Assembly (NCBI RefSeq): GCF_002087085.1
Contig: NZ_MWQY01000020.1
Coordinates: 1 to 64,000, forward strand
DNA: 64,000 nt
Direction of reading: 5' to 3'
A program made the translations under genes and the position numbers. The notes under the pieces were generated by a model. It saw only the letters and a program-made list of their open reading frames with translations, did not search any database and was not told where the DNA came from. This document shows positions 28,259 through 38,937 of the stretch, one piece after another (positions within the stretch are counted from its first letter, which is position 1; each line of letters begins with the position of its first letter).

Positions 28259-28272
28259 ATCTATTTTCTATT

Positions 28273-29835
28273 ATGGCAGTTTTAAGTACACTGGCGGGGA
28301 ACATGAAACTCAGCCGGAAGATCTCCCTCTTTATCATCCTCATACTGATTTGTACGGTTTTTATAACCTCCTTCTTTTTTCTCAGCCAGTGGCTCGATTC
28401 CCTCCGCTTTCAGATGAGCAGCCAGGCCATGGACCTGGCGGAAACCCTGAGCAGGGCGGCGCAGATCCGGGAGAACATCAGCAGCCCCAATGGGGATATA
28501 ATCATTCAGCGGGAGATGGAACGGATCCGGCTGCATACCCGCATTCAGTCCATCCAGATTGCAAACGTCGAGGGGCTCATCTACGCCCATTCCCTGGAGT
28601 CGGAAATCGGCAAAAGAACAGGGAATCCTCTGCTTCGGATGGTTCTGGAATCAGGCGAGGCGGCCCGGCGTGAGGAACGAAGCCTTACCTCCCCCTCCTT
28701 CCAGGCGGCAGCCCCGATCTACCACCGGGGTATTCTGTCGGGGGCCGTACTGGTTGAGCTTTCCTATGGACGGATCTACCAGGAAAACCGACGGAACATC
28801 ATGATAATCGCTGCGGTGGCCCTGATTACCCTGGGCTGCGGAATTGTCCTGGCCCGGCTGCTGTCGACAAACATCAAGAAGAGCATCTTCGGTCTTGAAC
28901 CGGTGGAGATCGCCCGCCTCCTTACCCAGCAGGATCTTATCCTCTCCACCTTTGACCTGGGAGTCGTCTTTTCCGACCAGGACGGCTCGACGAGCATGAT
29001 CAATCCCGCTGCGCGGAAACTCCTGGGGCTCTCGCCGGAGGATAAGGACATCCGCATCGGGCCCTTTGAAGAAGGACCCCGGGAGTACCAGAGCAGGAAC
29101 GGACGGGTTCTCCTCTGCCGCAGCTATCCGGTAATCGATCACCACAAGGAGGAGGCGGGACGGGTTACCGTTTTTGAAGACCTGACGGAGGCCCGACGTC
29201 GGGCCGAGGAGCTTACCGGAATGCGGCAGCTGACCAGCGCCCTCAGGGCCCAGAATCATGAATTTCTGAACAAGCTCCACAGCATTTCTGGCCTGATTCA
29301 GCTGAAGGAGTACGACGAGGCCCTGCGTTTTATCTCCGATGCCGCCGGGCACCGGGGAGAGCTTACAGCGGTGTTGACCCACAGGATACGGGAACCCGCC
29401 ATAGCGGGGCTTCTGCTGTCAAAGTACAACCGCGCTGCAGAGGCCCGCATCTCCGTTACCATCGACGAAGAATCCTGCCTCTCCTCATCCTCCCCCTTTA
29501 TTACTCCCCAGGATCTCTCCACCATCCTTGGGAATCTGCTGGAAAATGCCTACGAAGAGCTCAGGGGAAAAGAGGGAGGAGAGATCTTCGTCGGCATCTA
29601 CGAGGGGGAACATTCCCTGCAGTGCTGCGTGGAAGATAATGGACGGGGAATCCCCGACCATATCCGGGAAAGCCTCTTCCGGCGGGGAGTCTCCACCAAG
29701 GGGGATTCCCGCGGAATAGGACTCGCCCTGGTAAAGGAGATAATCGACCGCCTGGGCGGAACAATTCAGATAGACGGAGTCCACGGTACCTCGGTGGATC
29801 TGGACATTCCCGGCTCGAAGGAGAGGCAGGCATAA
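28273..29835 (+). CDS. CitA/DcuS-family sensor histidine kinase
   Basis: Two TM helices around a sensor domain; FGLEP.EI; LRAQNHEFLNKLH; GNLLENA; DNGRG; STKG..RGIGL. Confidence 0.93.
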   Translation: MAVLSTLAGNMKLSRKISLFIILILICTVFITSFFFLSQWLDSLRFQMSSQAMDLAETLSRAAQIRENISSPNGDIIIQREMERIRLHTRIQSIQIANVEGLIYAHSLESEIGKRTGNPLLRMVLESGEAARREERSLTSPSFQAAAPIYHRGILSGAVLVELSYGRIYQENRRNIMIIAAVALITLGCGIVLARLLSTNIKKSIFGLEPVEIARLLTQQDLILSTFDLGVVFSDQDGSTSMINPAARKLLGLSPEDKDIRIGPFEEGPREYQSRNGRVLLCRSYPVIDHHKEEAGRVTVFEDLTEARRRAEELTGMRQLTSALRAQNHEFLNKLHSISGLIQLKEYDEALRFISDAAGHRGELTAVLTHRIREPAIAGLLLSKYNRAAEARISVTIDEESCLSSSSPFITPQDLSTILGNLLENAYEELRGKEGGEIFVGIYEGEHSLQCCVEDNGRGIPDHIRESLFRRGVSTKGDSRGIGLALVKEIIDRLGGTIQIDGVHGTSVDLDIPGSKERQA

Positions 29836-30515
29836 TGAAGATTCTCATCCTGGAAGATGACCCCATGGTCAGCTCGATAACCAGCCGCTTTCTGAAACAG
29901 ATATCCCCAGATTTCCATGTCCTATGCGCCGGAACCATCGATGAGGCCCACAGGCTCTGCCGGGAAAACGACTTCGAACTTATGCTGGTGGACGTCTATT
30001 TCCCCGATAAGACGGGGGTGGATTTTCTCCAGGAGGAACGGGCCAGGGGAAACGCGGCTGCAGCGATCATGATAACCGCAGACAAAACTCCCCGTACGGT
30101 GGAACAGACCCTGGCACTGGGGGCGGTGGACTACCTGATCAAGCCCTTTGAGTTTGACCGCTTCAGCGAAGCCGTCCTCCGGGCCCGGGAGCGTATATCA
30201 AAAATACAGGACTCCGGAAGCTCGGATCTTGACCAGAGCCAGCTGGACAGTCTTATCCGTTCCGGCGGCCGCGTACAGGCAGAGCCCCTTCCTGAAAAAG
30301 GAATGGGGGCCCAGACCTACAGCATGGTAAAGGAGATCATTGAAAAACACGAAGACGACTTCAGCGCCCGGGACATTGCCGAAGAGGCGGGCCTTGCCCG
30401 GGTGACAGTGCGCCGTTACCTTGAAAGCATGCTCGCCGACGGCCTGCTTGAAATGTCGCCGGTTTACGGTCACGTTGGAAGACCCATGCACCGATACCGA
30501 AGGAGCCGGAAATAA
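29835..30515 (+). CDS. CitB/DcuR-family response regulator
   Basis: LEDD, VDVYFPD, DYLIKPF, and an HTH with RVTVRRYL..YG.VGRP. Confidence 0.93.
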   Translation: MKILILEDDPMVSSITSRFLKQISPDFHVLCAGTIDEAHRLCRENDFELMLVDVYFPDKTGVDFLQEERARGNAAAAIMITADKTPRTVEQTLALGAVDYLIKPFEFDRFSEAVLRARERISKIQDSGSSDLDQSQLDSLIRSGGRVQAEPLPEKGMGAQTYSMVKEIIEKHEDDFSARDIAEEAGLARVTVRRYLESMLADGLLEMSPVYGHVGRPMHRYRRSRK

Positions 30516-31924
30516 TGAACAAAAGAAAGCTTCTCACTAGCCTGGTGGCAGGTCTCCTTCTGGCGGGGATCTTCTTTCTTCTGGGCAGGCCGGAAAAGTA
30601 TGACGTCCTGGTGGTCGGGGCCGGTGCCGCCGGCCTTTTTGCCGCCCTCGAGGCCGAGGCTGAAGGGGCTTCGGTCCTGGTTATCGAAAAGATGCCCACC
30701 ATCGGGGGAAACACCATCCGGGCAACCGGCGGAATGAACGCCGCGGAATCTGAGGTACAGGAAAAGCTCGGAATTTCAGACAGCCTTGAATCCCACCTGG
30801 AAGATACCCTTCAGGCGGGACACAGGACCAACAATCCGGTTCTGGCGGAGATACTCGTGGAGCAGGCGAAGGAGGCGGTCAGCCGGCTCCGGGCCCTGGG
30901 GGCGGATCTGGAAGATGTGGGCTACCTCGCCGGCCACAGCGCGCCCAGGACCCACCGGCCCACCGGAGGAGCCCCCGTGGGAACTGAAATTGTACGGGTG
31001 CTGGAAGAAGCCCTGAAGGAACGGGGGATACCGATCCGGCTGGAGACACGCATTACAGGCCTTATCCGCAAAGGAGACGGCGTAAAAGGGGCCCTGGTGC
31101 GGGACAAGACCGGCAGGGAATACCGGATACTCAGTTCCGCCCTGGTTCTGGCCACAGGCGGCTACGGCGGCAGTCCCCGCACCTTCGTTCGCTACAATCC
31201 CGCCCTGGCGGGATTCAATACGACCAACCATCCCGGGGCTACCGGGGACTACATTCCCCTGGCAGAAGATATAGGCGCCCGAATGGTGGACATGGACCAG
31301 ATCCAGGCCCATCCCACGGTGGAACCGGACCACGGAATCCTGATAACCGAGGCCCTGCGGGGAAACGGAGGAATCCTCGTGGACCTTATGGGCCGCCGCT
31401 TTACCGACGAACTGGCCTTCCGGGACATCTTGAGTGCCAGGATCCTGGAGCGGCGTAACGGAACAGCCTATCTTGTTTTTGACGACAGGGTCCGCAGGTC
31501 CCTGTCGGCGGCGGAGAATTATATCCAACGCAACCTGGTAAAAAGCGCAGATACCCCTGAAGAACTCGCCGGTAAGCTGGGGATCGACCCTCCCCTCTTT
31601 TCCGGGGAGCTGGAAAACTACAACAGGATACACCACTCCGGTCTGGATGACCCCTACGGCAGGAGCGGGCTCAGTATTCCCCTTGATACACCACCCTACT
31701 ACGGCATCAAGGTATCGCCGGGAGTACACTACTGTATGGGAGGTCTTGCAATCGACGATCACACCCGGGTGCTGCGGGACTCCGACGGAAAAGCGATCCC
31801 CGGTTTGTATGCCGCCGGAGAGGCGACGGGGGGAATCCACGGAAACAACCGCCTGGGGGGAAACTCCCTGGCAGACGCGGTGATCTTCGGCCGCATCGCC
31901 GGTCGCGAGGCGGCGAGAAAATAA
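30515..31924 (+). CDS. Second flavocytochrome-c-family flavoprotein (N-terminal membrane anchor, no FMN-binding domain)
   Basis: GAGAAG, IQAHPT, TEALRG, FRD, HYCMGG and HGNNRLGGN. Confidence 0.92.
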   Translation: MNKRKLLTSLVAGLLLAGIFFLLGRPEKYDVLVVGAGAAGLFAALEAEAEGASVLVIEKMPTIGGNTIRATGGMNAAESEVQEKLGISDSLESHLEDTLQAGHRTNNPVLAEILVEQAKEAVSRLRALGADLEDVGYLAGHSAPRTHRPTGGAPVGTEIVRVLEEALKERGIPIRLETRITGLIRKGDGVKGALVRDKTGREYRILSSALVLATGGYGGSPRTFVRYNPALAGFNTTNHPGATGDYIPLAEDIGARMVDMDQIQAHPTVEPDHGILITEALRGNGGILVDLMGRRFTDELAFRDILSARILERRNGTAYLVFDDRVRRSLSAAENYIQRNLVKSADTPEELAGKLGIDPPLFSGELENYNRIHHSGLDDPYGRSGLSIPLDTPPYYGIKVSPGVHYCMGGLAIDDHTRVLRDSDGKAIPGLYAAGEATGGIHGNNRLGGNSLADAVIFGRIAGREAARK

Positions 31925-31928
31925 AAGC

Positions 31929-33425
31929 CTACTCTTCCGAGGTGGCGTAATCGAGGATGATCTCCTTGGTCGCCTCTTCCCGGGGCAGGTCACAGGCGAT
32001 CCGCCCGCCTGCGAGCACCAGAACCCGGTCGCACATTCCGAGGATCTCTTCGATCTCCGAGGAGATCAGAATCACCGAGGCCCCCTTGCCGATAAGATCG
32101 TTTATTGAGTTGTATATATCCACTTTGGCCGCGGCATCCACACCCCGGGTCGGTTCGTCCATTATGTAAATCCCCGCCCTGCACATGAAGGAACGGGACA
32201 GAAGAACCTTCTGCTGGTTACCCCCGGAATAGAAACGCAGGATGTCCTTGAACTGCCCCGGGAGGATACCCAGACGCCGGATATATTCCCCCGTCAGCTG
32301 GCGCATGTACAGCTCGTTCAGAGCCAGGCTGTTCAGAAAGCGCGACAGGGTGGCGATGGTCAGGTTGGTTATCAGGTTCAGGGGCGGGAATATGCCGTTC
32401 TCCGACCGGTTTTCCGGAACCAGGATTACTCCGCTCTGCATGGCATCAAGGGGATGATTGAACCGGACCTGCCTTCCGTGGAGAATTATCTCACCCCCGT
32501 CATAGGGAGCCAGGCCGAATAGGCAGTTGCTCAAGAGAGTCCTCCCGGAGCCCATGAGACCGGTAATTCCCAAAATCTCCTGTCTGCGCAGGGAAAAGGA
32601 GACGGAATGGAGTATCGGTTCGCTGGAGAGTTCCCTCACCTCCATAATCGTCCCCCCGGGACGCAGGGAGAGACGGGGATAGCGCTCCCGGTGGGGGTCC
32701 TCTATCATCATGCCCACCAGGGTAGTCTTGTCGATCTCGTGGACCCGGTTTGTCGAAACAACCCGGCCCTTGTGAATCACCGTTACCCGGTCACCCACCC
32801 GTCTGATCTCGTCCATTCTGTGGGAGATGTAGAAAATTCCCTCCACCCTCTCCTTGAGCTCCTCGAGGATCTTGAAAAAGAGGTTGCGCTCGATCTCTCC
32901 CATGGCGGCAGTGGGTTCATCAAAGATCACCACCTCCGCTCCGGAGACATAGGCCTTTACCGCAGAAAGAAGCTGCCGTTCCGCGTAGCCCAGGCGGCTT
33001 ACCCGCAGGGCGGGGTTGAAATCGATGCCGAAGTACCTCAGAAGCTCCGCGCATTCAAGCTCGGTACGGGACCGGCTGAAGTAGCGGCACAGGCGGCCTT
33101 CCCTGGCATAGCGGTCAAAGAAGACATTCTCCGCAACACTCAGGTTTCCGAAGAGCTGATTGTCCTGGTGCTGATAGAAGATTCCCCCCTTGCGGGCGGC
33201 GTGGAAGGAATCGAACTCTATCTCCTCACCCTTCAGACGGATGGAACCTGAATCCCTGGAATAGAGGCCGCTGACAATCTTCATGAGGGCTGATTTACCG
33301 GATCCGTTCTCACCGATTATTACGTGGACTTCCCCCGGTAACAGATCGAGATCGATGGAGTCCAGAAGAAACTCATTGTCGAAGTTCTTACTGATATTTT
33401 CCAGTACCAGCAGCGGAGAACTCAC
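31929..33425 (-). CDS. Sugar ABC transporter ATP-binding protein (CUT2, two NBDs), orphan
   Basis: [25 protein letters not shown] and DEPTRGVD. Confidence 0.92.
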   Translation of the reverse strand: MSSPLLVLENISKNFDNEFLLDSIDLDLLPGEVHVIIGENGSGKSALMKIVSGLYSRDSGSIRLKGEEIEFDSFHAARKGGIFYQHQDNQLFGNLSVAENVFFDRYAREGRLCRYFSRSRTELECAELLRYFGIDFNPALRVSRLGYAERQLLSAVKAYVSGAEVVIFDEPTAAMGEIERNLFFKILEELKERVEGIFYISHRMDEIRRVGDRVTVIHKGRVVSTNRVHEIDKTTLVGMMIEDPHRERYPRLSLRPGGTIMEVRELSSEPILHSVSFSLRRQEILGITGLMGSGRTLLSNCLFGLAPYDGGEIILHGRQVRFNHPLDAMQSGVILVPENRSENGIFPPLNLITNLTIATLSRFLNSLALNELYMRQLTGEYIRRLGILPGQFKDILRFYSGGNQQKVLLSRSFMCRAGIYIMDEPTRGVDAAAKVDIYNSINDLIGKGASVILISSEIEEILGMCDRVLVLAGGRIACDLPREEATKEIILDYATSEE

Positions 33426-33428
33426 CGT

Positions 33429-34208
33429 CTATACCCTACCCTCAAAAACATTGATGGAAGTATGCAGCTGGATGTTTCGCACAAAAATCTGATGCTTATA
33501 CTCATCGGAAATGGATGGATTCGTTATAACCTTGTCCGCAAGCTTCAGGCTCCCCAGGCGAAAAAAGGCATTCCGGTTGAAATTATCCCCCAGGCAGAGG
33601 AGAATCTTCTCTTCCGCCGACTCCATGGCCGCCTCTATAAGCTCCGCCTTTTCATGGCTTGCTACGCTTACCTCCAGGTTCTCATCGATGCCTTCGACCT
33701 CGGCAAACAGCCGGTTCACATGAAAGCGGCGCAGGTTGGCCACCGAGAGGGAGCCGTAAAGGGACCTGCCGTCATCCGCCACGTCTCCTCCCAGGAGGAC
33801 CACCCGGTTGGCGGGCTGCCGGGCGATTTCCGTGGCCACGGGGATATAGTTTGTGAGGACTGTAATCCCGTTCTTTTCGACTATGCGCCGGGCGATACAG
33901 TCGCAGATATCGCCCCCTGTGAGCATTATGACGTCCCCGTCTTCTATCATGTTGAGGGCAACCGAAGCGATTTCCCGGGAGTCCTGGGATACATCAGGAT
34001 TTTTCTCGACCTGAACAGATTCCTCGATCTCCCGCAGAACAGCGCCGCCGTGGGTACGGGTCAGGATACCGTCCCGCTCCAGTTTTTCCAGGTCCCGTCG
34101 GATGGTCACCTCCGAAACATTGAGCATGGAGCTCAGGGCGTGGACCTCCACCTGTCGGTTTTCCCTGAGAAAGTTCTTTATAATCCGGTTTCGTTCAACT
34201 GCAAACAT
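33429..34208 (-). CDS. DeoR/GlpR family transcriptional regulator
   Basis: MFAVER..VSEVTIRRDL..RTHGGA. Start moved to 34208. Confidence 0.93.
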   Translation of the reverse strand: MFAVERNRIIKNFLRENRQVEVHALSSMLNVSEVTIRRDLEKLERDGILTRTHGGAVLREIEESVQVEKNPDVSQDSREIASVALNMIEDGDVIMLTGGDICDCIARRIVEKNGITVLTNYIPVATEIARQPANRVVLLGGDVADDGRSLYGSLSVANLRRFHVNRLFAEVEGIDENLEVSVASHEKAELIEAAMESAEEKILLCLGDNFNRNAFFRLGSLKLADKVITNPSISDEYKHQIFVRNIQLHTSINVFEGRV

Positions 34209-34310
34209 GACAAACTGGTCATTACTATACGGGATTGCAGCTCTCTTGACAATCAAAAACTCCGTGTTCCCCGGGAAATGAAAATAAACGATAAGAAACA
34301 AAACTTTTTG

Positions 34311-34374
34311 TTGACGGCTGAGGTAACCAATGATAGGATTTATTCATATTCGTAAGCAAACGAACATCGTTTGC
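34311..34374 (+). promoter_or_regulatory. chvE promoter and downstream palindrome (candidate operator)
   Basis: TTGACG-N17-TAGGAT (34311-34339); GCAAACGA-ACA-TCGTTTGC (34356-34374). Confidence 0.6.
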
Positions 34375-34477
34375 GAGCGTTTTTTTATTACACGCGTGCG
34401 TGAACGTACACACGAGATCATACTGTCGGTCCTGTGATCGATGGATTATGATACTATCTTTCTTAAAAGGAGTTTTT

Positions 34478-35548
34478 ATGAAGCGAATTGTACAAGCACT
34501 GGCAATTCTCGTCATCATCGGCCTTGCAGCTTCAATGCTGGTGGCTGAAGGTCAGAAGGAAGGGGATCAGAAGGTTGTAGGTATCGCCATGCCTACCCAG
34601 TCCTCCCAGCGTTGGATCCAGGACGGCGGCAACATGAAGGACATCCTCGAGGAACGGGGCTACAAAGTCGACCTGCAGTACGCCGAAGACAACATCGACG
34701 CTCAGGTAAACCAGCTTGAGAACATGATCGTCAAGGGCGCGGATGTACTGGTAATAGCCTCCATCGATGGCGAATCCCTTACCAACGTACTGGAAAAAGC
34801 AGCGGCCCAGGATATTCCCGTTATCGCCTACGACCGCCTTATCCGCAACTCCCCCCATGTAAGCTACTACGCCACCTTCGACAACTTTCTGGTGGGCGTG
34901 CTTCAGGGAGACTACATTGTCGAAAGTCTGGGACTCAAAGAGGGCAAGGGCCCCTACAACATCGAGATCTTCGCAGGATCCCCCGACGACAACAATGCAT
35001 ACTTCTTCTTCAACGGCGCCATGTCCAAGCTCCAGCCCTACATCGACAAGGGCCAGCTGGTAATCCGCAGCGGACAGACTGAATTCGACCAGGTTGCAAC
35101 TCTGCGCTGGGACGGTGCCACTGCTCAGCAGCGCATGGACAACATCCTTACCGCCCACTACTCCGGCGCCAATGTGGATGCAGTCCTCAGCCCCTACGAC
35201 GGAATATCCATCGGTATTCTCTCTTCCCTGAAGAGCGTCGGTTACGGCAGCTCCAAACCGATGCCCGTTGTAACCGGACAGGATGCGGAGCTTCCTTCCG
35301 TAAAATCCATCCTGGCGGGGGAACAGGCCCAGACAGTCTTCAAGGACACCCGGGTTCTGGCACAGCGCGCTGCCGACATGGTCGATGCCGTACTGCAGGG
35401 TAAAAAGGCAGAAGTCAACGACACCAAAACCTACGATAACGGTGTAAAGGTCGTTCCTTCTTACCTGGAACAGCCGGTCTCTGTAGACAAGAGCAACTGG
35501 GAAGAAGCCCTTATTGCTACCGGATACTATACCAAGGACATGTTCTAA
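34478..35548 (+). CDS. chvE: Multiple-monosaccharide ABC transporter substrate-binding protein (ChvE/SbpA)
   Basis: [44 protein letters not shown] and [12 protein letters not shown]. Confidence 0.93.
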   Translation: MKRIVQALAILVIIGLAASMLVAEGQKEGDQKVVGIAMPTQSSQRWIQDGGNMKDILEERGYKVDLQYAEDNIDAQVNQLENMIVKGADVLVIASIDGESLTNVLEKAAAQDIPVIAYDRLIRNSPHVSYYATFDNFLVGVLQGDYIVESLGLKEGKGPYNIEIFAGSPDDNNAYFFFNGAMSKLQPYIDKGQLVIRSGQTEFDQVATLRWDGATAQQRMDNILTAHYSGANVDAVLSPYDGISIGILSSLKSVGYGSSKPMPVVTGQDAELPSVKSILAGEQAQTVFKDTRVLAQRAADMVDAVLQGKKAEVNDTKTYDNGVKVVPSYLEQPVSVDKSNWEEALIATGYYTKDMF

Positions 35549-35566
35549 AAAGAATCCGATAAAACG

Positions 35567-35590
35567 ACCGGCGGCACTGGTGCCGCCGGT
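35567..35590 (+). other. Stem-loop after the binding-protein gene (mRNA stabiliser or attenuator)
   Basis: ACCGGCGGCAC-TG-GTGCCGCCGGT. Confidence 0.6.
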
Positions 35591-35638
35591 TTCACTGTAT
35601 ATTCTTCCGGTATATTCCGGAATCACGAAGGCAAGAGT

Positions 35639-37210
35639 ATGGCAGATATTCATCTGGAAATGCGCCGGATAACCAAGAGGTTTCCCGGTATAACCGCCCT
35701 GGACCAGGTAACAATGCAGGTCAACAACAGAGAGATACACGCCCTGGTGGGAGAAAACGGAGCCGGCAAATCCACCCTCATGAAGGTCCTGAGCGGGGTG
35801 TATCCCTACGGCAGCTATGAGGGAGAGATTTTCCTGAACGGGGAGGAGTGCCGTTTCAGGGATATCAGGGAAAGCGAACGCCTGGGCATTGTAATAATTC
35901 ATCAGGAGCTGGCCCTTATTCCCTACCTCTCCATTGCGGAAAATATCTTTCTCGGAAACGAACAGGCAAAAAACAATATAATAGACTGGTTCAAAACATC
36001 CTCCCGGGCCCGGGAACTCCTTGCAACCGTCGGGCTGGATGAGAACCCGGCGACCCTTGTGGGAAATATCGGCGTGGGAAAACAGCAGCTGGTGGAGATT
36101 GCCAAGGCCCTGGCCAAGAATGTAAAGCTGCTGATTCTGGACGAGCCCACCGCCGCCCTGAATGATAAAGAGAGCAACCAGCTCCTGGATCTTCTCATTC
36201 AGCTTAAAAGCGAAGGTATCACCTCCATTCTGATCTCCCATAAACTCAAGGAGGTCGAAAAGGTCGCCGACGCAATCACGGTAATCCGGGACGGCAGGGT
36301 CATCGATAATCTCATAAAAGGTAACGACGAGATCGACGAAGACCGTATAATCAAAAGCATGGTTGGCCGGGAACTGACGAACCGCTTTCCCGAACGGGAA
36401 ACGCAAGTCGGTCAAACCGTCTTTGAAGTCCGGAACTGGAGTTTCTATCATCCCCAGCACGAAAACCGGCTGGTCATAAACAAGGCGAACTTCAATGTCA
36501 GAAAGGGAGAGGTTGTAGGTTTCGCGGGACTCATGGGAGCCGGACGTACCGAACTGGTGATGAGCCTCTTCGGAAAATCCTATGGAAAGCGACACAGCGG
36601 GCAGATCCTTTTAAACGGGAGTGAGATTGTCATGAACAGCGTCAGCGACGCCATTGACAACGGCATCGCCTACGTTACCGAAGACCGGAAGGGTTACGGG
36701 CTCATTCTTATCGACGATATACGCCATAATCTGTCCCTCCCATCCCTGAAGAATCTGAGCAACAGCGGCATGGTCAACTCCTCGGAAGAGGTCCTTTCGG
36801 CGGAAAAATACCGGAAAAAGATCAGCATAAAATGCTCAGGGATTGATCAGAACGTCGACAACCTCTCGGGGGGAAACCAGCAGAAGGTTGTCCTGGGTAA
36901 ATGGATAATGCTGGAGCCGGAAGTGCTCATACTGGATGAACCTACCCGGGGAATCGACGTGGGCGCCAAATACGAGATATACCAGATAATCAACCAGCTG
37001 GCTGCGGAAGGAAAATCGATCATCATGATCTCCTCGGAAATGCCCGAGCTCCTGGGTATGTGCGACCGTATATATGTTGTCGCCGGCGGAGAAATTGCGG
37101 GAGAACTTGACAGGCAGAAAGCCAGCCAGGAAAGTATCATGAAGATAATCATGAGCCATCAAAACCAGAGCAAGGAAATCAGCCATGGACAGCCTCAAAC
37201 AGTACTTTAA
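35639..37210 (+). CDS. gguA: Multiple-monosaccharide ABC transporter ATP-binding protein
   Basis: [34 protein letters not shown] and [12 protein letters not shown]. Confidence 0.92.
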   Translation: MADIHLEMRRITKRFPGITALDQVTMQVNNREIHALVGENGAGKSTLMKVLSGVYPYGSYEGEIFLNGEECRFRDIRESERLGIVIIHQELALIPYLSIAENIFLGNEQAKNNIIDWFKTSSRARELLATVGLDENPATLVGNIGVGKQQLVEIAKALAKNVKLLILDEPTAALNDKESNQLLDLLIQLKSEGITSILISHKLKEVEKVADAITVIRDGRVIDNLIKGNDEIDEDRIIKSMVGRELTNRFPERETQVGQTVFEVRNWSFYHPQHENRLVINKANFNVRKGEVVGFAGLMGAGRTELVMSLFGKSYGKRHSGQILLNGSEIVMNSVSDAIDNGIAYVTEDRKGYGLILIDDIRHNLSLPSLKNLSNSGMVNSSEEVLSAEKYRKKISIKCSGIDQNVDNLSGGNQQKVVLGKWIMLEPEVLILDEPTRGIDVGAKYEIYQIINQLAAEGKSIIMISSEMPELLGMCDRIYVVAGGEIAGELDRQKASQESIMKIIMSHQNQSKEISHGQPQTVL

Positions 37211-38357
37211 ATCAAATATTCGCCAGTACGGTATGGTGCTGGCCCTTGTCGTTATCATGTTCTTCTTTCAGATTGTTACCGGCGGGATTCTTCTGAAACC
37301 GGCCAACGTTACCAATCTTATACTGCAGAACAGCTATGTACTCATTCTCGCCGTGGGGATGCTGCTGTGTATCCTCACCGGAAACATCGACCTCTCGGTC
37401 GGGTCCGTCGTTGCCTTCGTTGGTGCCGTCTCTGCCGTAATGATGGTCGACTGGAACATGCCCGTGCTCCCTGCAATTCTGATAGCCCTTTTAATAGGAA
37501 TCGCCGTCGGGGCTTTTCACGGGGTCTTCATTGCCTACCTGCGGATACCCCCTTTTATCGTAACCCTGGCGGGCATGCTTATTTTCCGGGGCCTGACCAT
37601 GGTTATCCTGAAGGGACAGACAAAGGCACCCTTTGAGAAATCCTTCCAGGCCATTGCCGCGGGCTATATCTCGGGAGAGGGCTTAAGCATCGGCGGATTC
37701 AATATGATTGCCGTTCTAACGGGAATTGTACTGTCCGCCCTGTTCATACTGGGAATCGCCGTTAATCGCCGCAACCAGAAAAAGTACGGCTTTGAGGTTC
37801 TTCCCACCGGCTTCGAGACGATCCGCGCCCTTATCGTGGTGGCCGCCATCAACTGGCTGACCCTCAGTCTGGCCCTCTACAACGGGATTCCCGTCGTAAT
37901 GGTTGTACTTTTCGGCCTTGTACTTATCTATACCTTTATTACCCAGAAAACCATCTTCGGCCGGCACATCTACGCCCTGGGAGGAAACGAGAAGGCCGCA
38001 AAACTGTCGGGAGTCAAGACAAAGAGGGTCATGTTTCTGGTTTATACGAACATGGGACTGCTCTCCGCTGTTGCCGGAATGGTAGTCGCCGGCCGTCTGA
38101 ACGCCGCAACCCCCAAAGCGGGAACCATGTTTGAGCTCGATGCCATTGCAGCCTGCTTTATCGGCGGTGCTTCAGCATCGGGAGGTATCGGGACTGTAGT
38201 GGGAGCTATAGTCGGAGGCCTTGTTATGGGTGTTCTGAATAACGGTATGTCCATTATGGGAGTGAGCGTCGACTGGCAGCAGGCAATCAAGGGAATGGTT
38301 CTTCTGGGTGCCGTATGTTTTGATGTGTACACGAAATCAAAGTCTCAGGCGGACTGA
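37185..38357 (+). CDS. gguB: Multiple-monosaccharide ABC transporter permease
   Basis: [31 protein letters not shown] and ELDAIAA. Confidence 0.92.
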   Translation: MDSLKQYFKSNIRQYGMVLALVVIMFFFQIVTGGILLKPANVTNLILQNSYVLILAVGMLLCILTGNIDLSVGSVVAFVGAVSAVMMVDWNMPVLPAILIALLIGIAVGAFHGVFIAYLRIPPFIVTLAGMLIFRGLTMVILKGQTKAPFEKSFQAIAAGYISGEGLSIGGFNMIAVLTGIVLSALFILGIAVNRRNQKKYGFEVLPTGFETIRALIVVAAINWLTLSLALYNGIPVVMVVLFGLVLIYTFITQKTIFGRHIYALGGNEKAAKLSGVKTKRVMFLVYTNMGLLSAVAGMVVAGRLNAATPKAGTMFELDAIAACFIGGASASGGIGTVVGAIVGGLVMGVLNNGMSIMGVSVDWQQAIKGMVLLGAVCFDVYTKSKSQAD

Positions 38358-38385
38358 TTCTCGTTCACATACCACCTCCTTTTCT

Positions 38386-38426
38386 GGTGCTGTCCGGGAT
38401 AAGCCACGGACAGCACCTCTTTTTTT
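38386..38426 (+). terminator. Rho-independent terminator of chvE-gguAB
   Basis: GGTGCTGTCCG-N10-CGGACAGCACC-TCTTTTTTT. Confidence 0.85.
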
Positions 38427-38844
38427 ACCCTTTTCTCTTTTTCCCGGGAGGAACGAAAATAAGGGTCACCAGAACAAGTCCTCCGAATCCCACATAGAGC
38501 AGGGTAAAAAACCAGGGGGGAAAATCGTAGAAAAGTACCGTCCGTATCAGCCTGCCCACAAAGGAGATCTCCTCTTCCGCCGACTGCCCCGCCGCCTGCC
38601 GCAGGCGATACTCCCACAGGGTGAGGGGGCACCAGATACCCATTACCGCTTCAAAAGCAACCAGAAGAACCGAAAGAAGGTGGATGATCCTGAACACCCG
38701 GTTGCGCACCCAGTTCCAGCCCAGGAGCCATCCGACGAGTATGGATGCCTCTCCGCCGACTGTGAAAACCAGGTAGCAAAGGTGTATGAAGACGATAAAA
38801 TCCGCAAAGAGGGACAGCAGATCGGCGTTAAAGATTGCCGGCAT
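38425..38844 (-). CDS. DUF2784-like membrane protein
   Basis: AD.IVFIH, W.WVRN..FR..HL and CPLT.WE..LR. Confidence 0.8.
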   Translation of the reverse strand: MPAIFNADLLSLFADFIVFIHLCYLVFTVGGEASILVGWLLGWNWVRNRVFRIIHLLSVLLVAFEAVMGIWCPLTLWEYRLRQAAGQSAEEEISFVGRLIRTVLFYDFPPWFFTLLYVGFGGLVLVTLIFVPPGKKRKG

Positions 38845-38877
38845 ACTGTAATGATACACCCGGAAAGACCTCCGGAC

Positions 38878-38916
38878 AAAAAAAACCGTGGGGGGATCTA
38901 CCTTCCCCCCACGGTT
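38878..38916 (-). terminator. Rho-independent terminator of the cupredoxin gene
   Basis: AACCGTGGGGGGA / TCCCCCCACGGTT stem with a T-tract on the minus strand. Confidence 0.8.
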
Positions 38917-38937
38917 CACACACAAGAGATGAAGAGG

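Noticed and set aside
34532..36595. 687-aa minus-strand ORF (and similar long ORFs at 11509-12690, 26483-28120, 30776-31993 and 59896-60717)
   Set aside because: These are antisense shadows of well-supported genes, expected from GC-rich codon bias, and they carry no motifs of their own.
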